From IMG/VR virus record IMGVR_UViG_3300008107_000010: DNA of 64,000 nucleotides; one strand, given 5' to 3'. The stretch's first letter is position 1; each line of letters opens with the position of its first letter. This DNA comes from a virus (lineage: Duplodnaviria > Heunggongvirae > Uroviricota > Caudoviricetes). The notes beneath the pieces are model-generated. The model made no database searches. It was not told the origin of the DNA and worked only from the letters and a program-made list of their open reading frames with translations. The position numbers were made by a program, and so were the translations under genes. Positions 36,529 through 47,700 of this stretch are shown here, piece by piece.

Positions 36529-37155
36529 TTAGATTATTTTGTTGCTTTCTTCTGTTAAAGCCGAATAATCACCGTCTATTATTTGTTGTGCAGTCAAGTA
36601 TCGATTCTTTACTCGATTCGAGTTCTCTCTTTTAAACCATTTTTTATCGTTAATAGATTTTACTACAATATCTTTAAGCTTACGTTTAATCAAGTATTCT
36701 CCATATTGATTCTCTTCAGTTCTTAAATCATCGAGCCATACAACTTCTCCATTAATTATTTTCTTAACAAAACCAATTTTAATATGATCAGAATCTAAAT
36801 CTAATTCTAAATAATTATCTTTGTTAATATCTATGTCTAGCGTTTTATAAGTTGGAATTGAAGACCAATTTACATCAATCAATAAATTATTATCATCTCC
36901 AATTTTTTGAATAATTAAAAAATCATTCTCTATTTCATTAGGATCTGGTACACTATTAGAAGAAATATTAATATCCAAATCCCACGTGTGATAAAGATTT
37001 TTATACATTACTCCGCCATATATTGTAAATTCGTATTTGTTTAAAATATTGGTTTTGCTTAAAATTTGATTAAAGAATGATAATATTGATCTTATGTTAG
37101 GTCTATTCCAATGCTTGGTGGTTTCAAATTTTCCGGCTTTGTAAAAGAATTCCAT
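36529..37155 (-). CDS. Putative Pol-beta-superfamily nucleotidyltransferase
   Basis: IYGGVMY...WDLDINI matches hG[GS]x(9-13)Dh[DE]h; later LLIDVNW supplies a third acidic residue. Confidence 0.55.
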   Translation of the reverse strand: MEFFYKAGKFETTKHWNRPNIRSILSFFNQILSKTNILNKYEFTIYGGVMYKNLYHTWDLDINISSNSVPDPNEIENDFLIIQKIGDDNNLLIDVNWSSIPTYKTLDIDINKDNYLELDLDSDHIKIGFVKKIINGEVVWLDDLRTEENQYGEYLIKRKLKDIVVKSINDKKWFKRENSNRVKNRYLTAQQIIDGDYSALTEESNKII

Positions 37156-37157
37156 AT

Positions 37158-39857
37158 CTATACGTTTTGAAGCTGCTCTTTATTATGTGTTACTATTCCA
37201 TTTGCAACAAATAAATCATTATCTTCAACATCCACTCTATAAACAATAAAGCTACCTGACATTTTAATAATGTTAAAGATTTGAATTTCATTACCATCTT
37301 TATCTAATAAAAAGTCTCCTTCAGTTAGTTTATAGGTTTGACCAACTTTCCATAGACCTTCATGTTTATATAAATGTAGGTGATCTTCTGATGCAAATAG
37401 TTTACCGTCATTGATCGAATAAACAGTATTTATATTAACTGATGCAATAGATTTAACAACAACAGTGTCTTTTGAAATATCTGCTGTCTTAGAACTCCAT
37501 TCATAAACCGAAGGATAATCTTTAATCGGCATACCTTCGAATTTTAAACTATATAAGACGTCATTAATTTTTAAATCTTGTATAAATTTATTAGAACCAT
37601 CGGCCATCAATATTTTAGTTCCATATAATAAACATGGTCCAGTATTTCCTGTGCCTGGCCCTGATGAAAAACAAGATACTACGGATCCTAATGCTCCTGT
37701 AAATGAATTAGTTCCTTGTCTAGAATTAGTTCCGTTTATATCACTATAATATCTTCCTGATTGAGCAAATGTTAATGGAGATTCTCCATCTGAACTAGTA
37801 GATTCAAACATCGTAGATATTGTGGTAAATGAAAGAAATCCAGAGCTAGAACTCTGATAATATCCTTCAGTAAAATAATTACCATTACATGCACCAGAAG
37901 CATTATTGTCCCAAGATAGTCCAGATAAATATCTAACATAATCTAATGTAGGAGCAGCTCCTTCAAATGATGTTCCATCCCAATATCTTCTAACACCAGA
38001 ATCTCTATACCATCCAGCCGAAGCAAATGTAGTTCCAGTTGAATTTGTATAAATTGCACTACTATTACTTAATGAAGTACCATTAACATAGTAAGTTGAT
38101 TTTGATAATCCAGAAAAAGATCCATTTAAAGAACTACTATTTACCGCAATATTGTAAGCAAGTTGCAATGAATTATTAGATGGACAAGATTCTCTAGTTG
38201 TAAAGGCTGAACCCGTCCAATATCTTACAATTCCAAATTTTTCATAATACCCACTGGTTGCGTATGCTGTTCCAGTGCTATTATACAATTTATATCCGGT
38301 CGTACTCCAGTTGTTAGTTTCAGTCCAAGACGCAACAAAATCAGTTTTATAAGAGGTTTCAGATGCTTCACATGCTTGTCCTGCTGCATAGAAACCATAT
38401 CCTGCTGTAATATCATTAAGAGATAATGAAGATCCTTCTGTATTCCACTGCATATCATCTTCTCCTAAATAAACAACATATACCAATCCTTTGCCCGGTC
38501 CCATTTTTAATTCTAAACCGCTATTAACAAGATCACCCGTGTACGGATTTAATAAATTTGCATCTCCACTATAAAATTCATTTACGCCGTCAACATAAGA
38601 TTCTAAAACATCAGTCCCACTTGTACCATTACTAAAAGTATATGCGCTACCTGAAAGAGCAGCAACGAATTTTAAAACAGCGCTAGATAAAAACTGCCTG
38701 TTGTTTGTTGTTTGTAAAAGTTGAGCAATTTGATTTGCTTGTCCCAGACCTGGTGAAAATGGATAATCAACTGTTAAATCAAAACTACATAAATTTGGAA
38801 CATCATAAGATAAGGCTCCTTTATACCAAGTTCTACCATGACATAAATACCAACCTTTAAATTTACCTTTTCCTTTTCCATAAGTAAACGTAAACGTTGG
38901 AACAGTGCCTCCGCTACCAGTAACGGCAGCTTGTTGCGATATTGTTAATGTTCCGGAAACAGAAGTATCTACTAAATCAAAATTTTGTGTGTTAAATTCA
39001 GCATCAATTGCAATAATCGATCCAATTGGAAAACCACCAATAATATCTTTAGGATCTCCCCATCTAACTCGACCAACATTGCTTGAATCGGTGTATGCTA
39101 CATATCCTGGATTCGGAGAATCATTTTGAAATCTATTAACGCCATTTAAAGATACTCCTGAATTAAATATTGAAGTTCTATTAACAGTCACTCCATTTGA
39201 ATCTAACTTAAACATTGGAGTATCGTTGACATTTCTTGTTTTAAATAAAACTTCTGAACCAATTGCATTAGATGTTTTTAGAATAAATTCCTTAGCATTA
39301 TTAATATGTTCAAAGCCAAATTCAAATTTAGAATGACTAGTATCGTAAAATAACTTACCAAAAACCTGTTTTCTAGAAGATAAGTCTGTATTAGATCCAT
39401 CTATTTCTGAAGAAATAAAAACAAAGTTATTTTGTAATGCATCATTAGTATGAAACGTTTTTACTGAAGTTGTATTTCCAGCAGTGCTAACTAAACTATA
39501 ACCGGTTGCAGTATTATCTAATCCTAAAATGATGTTACTTGGATTATCAACAGATTGAGGTATTTTTAAAGTAATATTATTAGTACCGATATTTGCTAAC
39601 CAATTAGTTTCTCCTAAAGGACCTTGAGTTCCTTGAATTCCTTTTGGACCTTGTCTGCCAATAGGACCCTGATTTCCAGTTACACCATCCGGACCAATAC
39701 CACCAGCCCATCCTTGAGGACCTAATGGACCTCCTCCTATTGTTTCAATCTGATCAAAATTCCAATTTAATTTTTCAATCTTTTTTGAAGACCACCAAGT
39801 GTTTGGATTATTTGGATCCAGATCCGATCTGAATATTTCTTTAATATCTAACGGCAT
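37158..39857 (-). CDS. Tail fibre-like protein with collagen repeat, collar domain and C-terminal Hint domain
   Basis: LNWNFDQI, collagen run, FPIGSIIA...GWYLCHG...VPNL, repeated GWYR..GVRRYW modules, Hint domain at the end. Confidence 0.82.
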   Translation of the reverse strand: MPLDIKEIFRSDLDPNNPNTWWSSKKIEKLNWNFDQIETIGGGPLGPQGWAGGIGPDGVTGNQGPIGRQGPKGIQGTQGPLGETNWLANIGTNNITLKIPQSVDNPSNIILGLDNTATGYSLVSTAGNTTSVKTFHTNDALQNNFVFISSEIDGSNTDLSSRKQVFGKLFYDTSHSKFEFGFEHINNAKEFILKTSNAIGSEVLFKTRNVNDTPMFKLDSNGVTVNRTSIFNSGVSLNGVNRFQNDSPNPGYVAYTDSSNVGRVRWGDPKDIIGGFPIGSIIAIDAEFNTQNFDLVDTSVSGTLTISQQAAVTGSGGTVPTFTFTYGKGKGKFKGWYLCHGRTWYKGALSYDVPNLCSFDLTVDYPFSPGLGQANQIAQLLQTTNNRQFLSSAVLKFVAALSGSAYTFSNGTSGTDVLESYVDGVNEFYSGDANLLNPYTGDLVNSGLELKMGPGKGLVYVVYLGEDDMQWNTEGSSLSLNDITAGYGFYAAGQACEASETSYKTDFVASWTETNNWSTTGYKLYNSTGTAYATSGYYEKFGIVRYWTGSAFTTRESCPSNNSLQLAYNIAVNSSSLNGSFSGLSKSTYYVNGTSLSNSSAIYTNSTGTTFASAGWYRDSGVRRYWDGTSFEGAAPTLDYVRYLSGLSWDNNASGACNGNYFTEGYYQSSSSGFLSFTTISTMFESTSSDGESPLTFAQSGRYYSDINGTNSRQGTNSFTGALGSVVSCFSSGPGTGNTGPCLLYGTKILMADGSNKFIQDLKINDVLYSLKFEGMPIKDYPSVYEWSSKTADISKDTVVVKSIASVNINTVYSINDGKLFASEDHLHLYKHEGLWKVGQTYKLTEGDFLLDKDGNEIQIFNIIKMSGSFIVYRVDVEDNDLFVANGIVTHNKEQLQNV
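37182..37634 (-). other. Hint (intein-like) autoprocessing domain, 151 aa
   Basis: Block A CLLYGTKILMADG; blocks F/G VYRVDVEDNDLFVANGIVTHN; followed only by KEQLQNV. Confidence 0.9.
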
Positions 39858-39861
39858 CTAT

Positions 39862-42800
39862 TTAAGCAAATATTTTGATAGCTGGTATAAAATTGTAACG
39901 ATATCCCGGCCTTTTATTATATATTAATCTAAATCCAAGTCGATCTTCGGTAAAAGTCTTATATGTAAAGTTAGACTGTTTAACAAAAATAGATTGATCT
40001 ATTTCAGAAACATCCGATATTGAAGTAAATCCAGTCTGAATATCTTTGCCTTCTCTAGCATACAGATCAACTGAACCAATAATAAATCTAGGAACAATAT
40101 TCAATTCAACATATCTAGATAAGTCATCCTCTATTGTTGTAATATCACCATAAGACTTAGATGGGTCGACATATTTATTAAACTTAGATTTAACACCATT
40201 TTCAATAAGTTCGTCTAGTACGGCATATTTTAAATAAACATCAATATAAACTTTTTCTTCATTTTCAAAGAATCCAATTGAAGAATCTTTAGATGCTTTA
40301 ATAGCAAAAGAATCTAATTCATCTAATGAGTTAACTTGAACAACATTAAACCTAGATAATGTGTATTCATCAGAAACTTTCATAACAGTAGAAGCCATAA
40401 ATGAACTTTTTTCTGAAGGATTTATAGTACCAAATGCGGTCTCATACTTACTATTTAATAAAGATTTTATATAGTAATCATCCTCATATTTAGATTTTAA
40501 AATATTTAAATTTCTTTTGTCAATAGCAATTTCACCAATTTTTGGATATATTGGTAATTTATCAGAAGTTACTGAAAGTTTTAATACTGCATCCGCAGAT
40601 TCTGTATTAACTTTATGATAATAATAATTTGGAATATATCCAATTGTATTAGCTCCTGTTAAAGAATACGCAGTTCCAAAAACAACTCCAATATTATTAT
40701 ATTTGTTGTATAGTATTGACTGTTTAGTTTTAATAGGTTGACCGGAATTATTTAAATCATAGTACATATTAGAAGGATAAATCTCTTCAAAGAAAAGAAC
40801 ATCATTGAATTTAGGTAAATAATCACCATTCATTCGTTTCATTGCAATGAAATACTCATCACTTCTTTTTATAATATTTTTACCAATTTCTTCTGCTGTA
40901 ACTTTATATGATTTTGGTTTATTGCTATCAACTTCAGTAGAAAGAGATGATAATTTTATAAACTCAATACCATCTTCAACTTCTAAAACATATTCATTGT
41001 TAGTCACTGTACCGTCATCTTTTATAGTAGTATAAGTTACTTGAGATGGATTATTATTTAAAAGATCTGAAAATCTTTTAGCATTCAATGATTCAAAAAC
41101 TTCGATCATTACACCAATTCCACCCTTATAGTATTTGTAAGATAATGATTGTTCTAATGTAGAAGAAATAGAACCAACTGTTAACCATTGATTTCCAGCT
41201 TCCAAATCACCATTTACTCCATCCCAATCTCTAGGCCATCCTTTTACAATAATAGCATCATCACCCACAACTCGATCTACTTTTAAAACCTTAGTAGAAT
41301 TACCAACGTTAACAATTAAATAAGAATATTGACCGTCAACTTGATTTAATTGCGTTAAGAATCTTGGAGATTTACCATTAGCACCAACAATACCTTTAAG
41401 ATAAGTTAATCCAGAATTTTGACCTCCAAAATTTAACCAATTTGCTCCATTCAAATCTAGACCTCCATCAATAATTGTATCAACTGGAAGACCATTACTT
41501 ACACTTAGTGCATTTTCAATTTCATAAAATACTTTTCTAGGAAAAGACCTAACTAAATTATTTTGAAGAACTAAATTAACATAAATGCATATAAATTTAA
41601 ATTTATCATTCTTAATAACTTCAATAGTTTTCGTAGTACTATCAGTATCGTTGTTTGAAACTGATACGTTAACAACAAATCCAAATTTATAACCATTAAC
41701 CTCTCCAGTTTGTATGAATTCCTTAGGAGTTGACAAACTAGTTTCTTTTCTATTTTTAAAATTATATCTTAATCCTCTAAATAAAGTAGAAGGATATTGA
41801 CTTGCATTTCCATTAGAAAATCTAGAATATCTAACCTCTCTCTTGTTTTTAACGTACGTTGACGTAGGAACACCATTCGAATCTATATTTCTATTAATAA
41901 TATCTCCTATTACAAAATCTAGTAATGGATCAATTGGACTACCGATTGTTGATAGTTTATTAGATCCAGCTGCAGAAGAAGCAATAGCATTAAAGATAAC
42001 TGGATTTGATCCAGCTCTAATAATCTGTGTATTTGCGGGTATTGAAAGAGCGACGCTAGAAATCGGACCATTAAATGTGTATATTGTTTGAGTCACGTTT
42101 CCTGGAAGACTAACTTTAGTAATATCTTGTAAAATAATAAAATCACTAAGAAGACCGTTCCATATCATATACTTATCAAAATAATTATATGATGTTGATT
42201 TTAAATCAGCAACTGAGAGATTACGTCCAATACCAAGATCTATATAGCTTTTATTTTTATAAAGATTGTCAATATTTGCCTGTAAAAATAAAGGCATTTT
42301 ATTAATATGGAAATGTTCCATATTAAGTAGATCGGATCTTCTAGTATCACCACTTAAGCTAGGTGATAGATTATTAGTTCCAAATGATTCATTAACAGAT
42401 AAGTGGTATGGCTTCATCCTAGCATTAAATCCGTCCTTAAATACAAACTTATTAATGCTTGGGACAACTCTACTTAAAATAGCAGTATCTTTAATTTCAT
42501 TTTCATTTAATCTGTTATATTCAGAAGAAACAGTTTCTCCAAAAATTTCAACAGCGCCATCTTCATCTAAACCTACAACAGAAGCCTGTTTATTAATAAC
42601 CTCTTCTTTGGTTATAGGAACTAAGTTAGAATAGTATTTACTTGGTTCGATTAAGAAATCTGGACCACAGCTTAAATCATATTTATTGTATTGTCTAGAA
42701 GTTAATGATGTTTCTAAAGCTAATTCATTTAATTCAGAATTTGAAGTATCGTAGAAATCAAAATCAAAATCTTTAATATCTAATATTTGAAATCTACCAT

Positions 42801-44658
42801 ATTTTGTTTTATATGATCGGTATACATTTAAATTCTTGGTCTTTGGTAGTTGTATTTCTTTATCAAAGACAATTCTCCAATATCCAACTTTAATAGGATC
42901 TTCTATAATTTGTTTAACTTTAACAAATCTATCTCCAATAGCAGATCTAACCAAATCTCCAACCTGGATATTTCCTTTATTTTCAGATTTAATAATAACA
43001 GCCTGATCTTTAATTGATCCACCAACCGGATAGTAAATATCCCAATTTGAAATTATTCCATTCGTTAAATTGGTTGGGGTCTCTAAATATCCAGTATGTA
43101 CATTAATAAAATCAATAATATTTGCAGTTCTAATACCAAACAAAGTCATTTTTCTATTAGATCCAACTCCATAATCTTCTATAACAATCGAAGTTCCGCT
43201 ATATGTTACTTTAAATCCATACTCAGATTGCAATAAACAACCAGCTAAAGATCTTGCTATTTGCTCTAAAGTTCCATTAATAGAGAATTTGTTTGATGTA
43301 AATGTTCCGGCCGCAAGGCTATTTTCAGCAGCTATAACAAATGGTGTAATATTAAAAGAATTAGCAGACAATTCAGAAAAAGGAACAATAAATATTTTAT
43401 CACCATTTAACGGAGCCTGTACAATTTCTATCTTTAGAAAATCTTTTAGATTAATTGAAAAATCTTCTAGTTGAATTGTATCAACTAAAATGTTTCCAAG
43501 GAATTCAGACTCGGGTTGCTTATTTAAAGAAACCGGTAAAAAATCATTTTCTGTAAAAAGTTCATTATTTCTAATGTGATAAAAGTCACCATCCTTAGAT
43601 TGAATCCAATTTAAAGATGGAATTCTTAATTCAGAAAACTTAGGAAGCATATCATTATTAGTTAATGTTGTTCCAGTTAAATTAAAATAGGTACGTTCTG
43701 AATCTTTAGTAACAAATACACCTTCTTTATTTTCGTTGTTAATAATTCTATCAACATCAAATTCACCTTCTTCGTGTGGAATTACATAAACTCCAAAGTA
43801 TCTGTAAATATCGTAATTATCGGCATAAGTATCATCAAATAAGAATTCTAAGTTAATTAAATTTGCGCAAGCAACCTCATTTCTTTTAAATCCATTTGAA
43901 AATAACTCATTATTAAAAATTTCTAAGTTATCATATTGAATAAAATCTTCATGTAAACTTTCTTTCTTTTCAACAAAACCTCCTTTTACAACATCAATAC
44001 CTCTAAATACTGTAAATTGGCCAGATCCGAAGTTTTGCGAAATTGGAGAAACCGGAAATCTTTGATCAGATATATGATTTCTTAAATATCTACCTATTCC
44101 AGATTTTTCAGTTAAATCAAAAGATTTTACAATTGTTGCATTCTTTAATAGTTCTAAAACTCTAGAGTTTTGACCAGCTATAGAATCTCCAAAATTAGAA
44201 GAATACGTTGTTCCTTTAATTCTATAAATTACAAACTGGGAAGGAAGTTTTCTGTCTAACCAAAGTGGAGCAAAGAATTTATATTGTTCTTTGTATATTT
44301 TATTTTGAATAAAAGAGGCACCATAGCTATATTGCATTTCATATTGATTAGAATAATCAGTATATACGGTGTAGTCAGATGCTGTTCTAGCAGGCCTGTA
44401 TTTAATATCGTTTGGTAAATTACCAAAGAATTTAGCAATGTCGTAAGAATACGACCCAGTTTCTGAGTTGATAGGATATTTGCGATATGTGCTCTTCGCA
44501 AGTTCTTGGTCTGCAATAAATGCATCCATAAAGATATTACCAGAGCTATCAACAACTAATTTAGCATTAGTTGAAAGAGCTGGGTTTGTTCTTAGTAGAC
44601 CAAATGAAAAATCATCAACGTTATTATTAACGTGATCTAAGTTTAGTTGAATTGCCAT
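39862..44658 (-). CDS. Very large structural protein (baseplate/tail-associated)
   Basis: 1598 aa uninterrupted ORF in the tail module; no recognised motif. Confidence 0.55.
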   Translation of the reverse strand: MAIQLNLDHVNNNVDDFSFGLLRTNPALSTNAKLVVDSSGNIFMDAFIADQELAKSTYRKYPINSETGSYSYDIAKFFGNLPNDIKYRPARTASDYTVYTDYSNQYEMQYSYGASFIQNKIYKEQYKFFAPLWLDRKLPSQFVIYRIKGTTYSSNFGDSIAGQNSRVLELLKNATIVKSFDLTEKSGIGRYLRNHISDQRFPVSPISQNFGSGQFTVFRGIDVVKGGFVEKKESLHEDFIQYDNLEIFNNELFSNGFKRNEVACANLINLEFLFDDTYADNYDIYRYFGVYVIPHEEGEFDVDRIINNENKEGVFVTKDSERTYFNLTGTTLTNNDMLPKFSELRIPSLNWIQSKDGDFYHIRNNELFTENDFLPVSLNKQPESEFLGNILVDTIQLEDFSINLKDFLKIEIVQAPLNGDKIFIVPFSELSANSFNITPFVIAAENSLAAGTFTSNKFSINGTLEQIARSLAGCLLQSEYGFKVTYSGTSIVIEDYGVGSNRKMTLFGIRTANIIDFINVHTGYLETPTNLTNGIISNWDIYYPVGGSIKDQAVIIKSENKGNIQVGDLVRSAIGDRFVKVKQIIEDPIKVGYWRIVFDKEIQLPKTKNLNVYRSYKTKYGRFQILDIKDFDFDFYDTSNSELNELALETSLTSRQYNKYDLSCGPDFLIEPSKYYSNLVPITKEEVINKQASVVGLDEDGAVEIFGETVSSEYNRLNENEIKDTAILSRVVPSINKFVFKDGFNARMKPYHLSVNESFGTNNLSPSLSGDTRRSDLLNMEHFHINKMPLFLQANIDNLYKNKSYIDLGIGRNLSVADLKSTSYNYFDKYMIWNGLLSDFIILQDITKVSLPGNVTQTIYTFNGPISSVALSIPANTQIIRAGSNPVIFNAIASSAAGSNKLSTIGSPIDPLLDFVIGDIINRNIDSNGVPTSTYVKNKREVRYSRFSNGNASQYPSTLFRGLRYNFKNRKETSLSTPKEFIQTGEVNGYKFGFVVNVSVSNNDTDSTTKTIEVIKNDKFKFICIYVNLVLQNNLVRSFPRKVFYEIENALSVSNGLPVDTIIDGGLDLNGANWLNFGGQNSGLTYLKGIVGANGKSPRFLTQLNQVDGQYSYLIVNVGNSTKVLKVDRVVGDDAIIVKGWPRDWDGVNGDLEAGNQWLTVGSISSTLEQSLSYKYYKGGIGVMIEVFESLNAKRFSDLLNNNPSQVTYTTIKDDGTVTNNEYVLEVEDGIEFIKLSSLSTEVDSNKPKSYKVTAEEIGKNIIKRSDEYFIAMKRMNGDYLPKFNDVLFFEEIYPSNMYYDLNNSGQPIKTKQSILYNKYNNIGVVFGTAYSLTGANTIGYIPNYYYHKVNTESADAVLKLSVTSDKLPIYPKIGEIAIDKRNLNILKSKYEDDYYIKSLLNSKYETAFGTINPSEKSSFMASTVMKVSDEYTLSRFNVVQVNSLDELDSFAIKASKDSSIGFFENEEKVYIDVYLKYAVLDELIENGVKSKFNKYVDPSKSYGDITTIEDDLSRYVELNIVPRFIIGSVDLYAREGKDIQTGFTSISDVSEIDQSIFVKQSNFTYKTFTEDRLGFRLIYNKRPGYRYNFIPAIKIFA

Positions 44659-44660
44659 TG

Positions 44661-44714
44661 ATTAAGCCTTCTTTTTATTCTAAGTTATATATTCGAATTT
44701 AAAGAAGGCTTAAT
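44661..44714 (-). promoter_or_regulatory. 14-bp perfect inverted repeat with a late-type promoter motif in its loop, abutting an ATG
   Basis: ATTAAGCCTTCTTT (44661-44674) pairs with AAAGAAGGCTTAAT (44701-44714); the loop holds AATATATA (44686-44693); ATG at 44658. Confidence 0.7.
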
Positions 44715-44722
44715 CGGCCAGT

Positions 44723-47700
44723 TTATTGTTGTATGTAGAATGTATATTCTGAAGGTTGTGATAGATCGTCTCTTAGTAACCATCTCTTATATGAACCACC
44801 ACCAGCTCCACCACTATTAAAATTAGTTAGCATCGATTTTGTAATATTTGTTACTGAAGAACCTTCTGCCTTATATTTAGCATAAACTTCAACATCAAAT
44901 TGGAATTCATTCTTTTCAGCATCAACAACATCAATGCCAATCTTTTTGCTGTACGTTAAGTTTGTTAAAGTATTTGTTATGATACCACCTACACGTCCAG
45001 TAGAATTAGCATCTCCATAATAATCGGTCATTCTATATTGGAAAATCATATCAATTGATAGAGATTTTGATGATCCACTTTCAACTCTAGATTTACCAAA
45101 TTTATTCTTAGCATCAACTAATAATGAATTTTTTTCTAAAGGAGCAAGGAATAAGAATGATCCGCAGGTTCTACCACCTAGTAAATATACGTCATTTGTA
45201 TCAAAAGACATTTTTAAAGATCTTTTAACAACTGTTCCGGCGTTATTGGTCCATTCTGCTACTCTATATGGAGATTGTTTTAATCCAGAATCCATGTTAA
45301 CTCTTCTAGTTGCAGTTTTTGGCATTCCAATAACTCCAGCAGATTGAAGATCTGTTATAGACATTACATTTGCTAAAACAGTTTGGTTAATTAATGGATG
45401 TGATTTATGTAAAAATATACCATTATCATACTGACTAGAAGTTGGAGTATTTACTCCCGCATCTAATGCCGTTGTATTCGGTGTAAGTGATGTATAAGAA
45501 CCTGCCCAAATAAAGTCATTTGCATTAGTTGTTGTTGCAAATGGAGCATTTGTTGAGTTGTTATAATTTCTGTTATTGTTAATCGTCGGTGTATTACCAG
45601 CACCGTAGTTGATAGTATACGTTAATCCATATTCATAATCATCAATACCGCTACCATCAAAGGCAGATGCATCAATTACACTGCTAGAATATAATTCATC
45701 ATCATTTGCAATGTTTTTATATCTTGAATAAACATATTGACCTTTCATCTGTGAAGATTGGAAAGGAATCTGGCCGTACCAAGGAGTTGAAGAATTTGTA
45801 CTTGGAGTATTTTGATATTGAATTGGTACCCAATCATATCTACCTTCGTTAGTATAATAAGTATCGGATGCTATTTTTGAATCAATAGTTCCAGTTCCTA
45901 AACCAAACTCAGTGTTTGTTGTTGAAACATGCGCTGGTGTTTCAAAATCTCCAACTAATCTTGAAACTAATTCAAGTGTTGTTGCTTTTGAATTTGCTAA
46001 TTTTAATTTAAATATTTTAGTAATGATGGCTCCTTTCTTGGTTCCAGATAGAGCATTAACTTCGTCAGAATAATATCCAGCAAATAATTTTACTGTGGTA
46101 TTATTAGCAACGTTTGTAATATTACCATCTTCATCTTCAATGTAAACTTGAAGTTCTCCAAGAGTACCATCAATTTTAGCGCGAAGTCTTTCGATTTCAG
46201 ACTGCATTTCCTGTAATTTCTCAAAAACAGAAACTGGATTCTGCTCAGCGGTTAAAAATCCAGAAGCAATAGTTTGGGCAGTATGTGCATAATATTTTTC
46301 ATTAGAGTTAAATGAATCTGAAACGTGTGAATATACTCCAGATGCATTTAAGTCATCATTAATTCTAACTCTAATAGATTCTAATCCATTTTCATTAACA
46401 ATATCGGATAGATTTTCAACTGGGATTTCTCCTTCTGGGAATTCTATCTTAGCAATATCTGACCAGTCTGATTCGATCGGAGTTGATGGAAAACCAGCTT
46501 CAGAAACCGATTTAATCATAACTTCAACAACTTCACCCGGTTGAATTGCAATATCTAATGAATTGAAATTAATTTCTTGTGAATCTTCTTCGTTTTCAAC
46601 TTTCCAATAATACTTACCAGTAGTTTCATCTTTTAGTCTTTTTCTAACCGGCCCAGGTACTTCAACCCAGTTTGAGAATGCTGCGGTTTTTGCAGTTGTT
46701 CCATCTTGGAATGCAATTTGCTCAATTTGAGAAGTAGAACCATTTGTTGATAAGTATCTATAACGAATCTTAAATTGTACAACTTCTTGTGGAATTGAAT
46801 CGTTTACAGATTTAGGTTCTGGAATTGACCAGAATCCTCTAATTCTATATTTAGGAGAAACATTAGTTAAATTGCTAGAAGCTGCCAATGTAGATATTTC
46901 ACTAACAATAGAAGAATATGCATCAGATTCAGCTTTTCTAGATGCTAATAAAGAGTTTAACTGAGTTTTATCCTTGTCAGCCTCGACTTTAGAAGCATAT
47001 TTTTTAGTATTAACTAAGCTTCTTGATGAACCAATTGAACCATCAAGCTTTTTAATATTTTGTTCAACAGTAGCTTTTTCAGCTTTTAATTTAATAATTT
47101 TATTAGTTGCGTCATTGTCTGTCAAATGTTTATTAATTTGAACAACTTTAAAATTATTAGTATCTAGTGATGGTTTGTCTGGAACAATACCAACTGCCGC
47201 TGGTGGAATTGAATCAACCTTTAAGCTTTTAATAAATTGCCCAAAATCAGCAACCTCTTTTTTATAATAATCAGCAAGAGTAGAAGTACTTCCATCCTGC
47301 ATTTGAATAGTTAACTCATTTGAATAAAATCCAGCTCCTGGAGAAAAAACTTCAGCTTGAACTTTAGATTCAGCATCAACCGATTTTACAAATAAAACTT
47401 GTCTCTCGTCAAAAGAAACGCTAATTTCAAGAGCAACATCAGTGTCAACATCTTTGTAAATTGAAAGCTGTGATGCTCCAACTCTAACTGGTTCAAAACC
47501 TTCAAGCAATGAAAGTTCAACTTGAAGAGTATCAGTATTAATAGAACTAACAATATATCTTGTTGAAAACTTACCGCTATTAATAACAACCGAATCACCA
47601 ACCTTAAGTGTTTCGGTTTCTTTTAATGATTTAGCAGAGTCTGAATATGTTAACTTATTTAAAGTAAAAAGTCTAGCGGTTTTAGTCTGAGATACACCGT

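Noticed and set aside
37182-37634. Canonical splicing intein
   Set aside because: The residue after His-Asn is Lys, not Cys/Ser/Thr; the C-extein is only 7 aa; there is no endonuclease insert.
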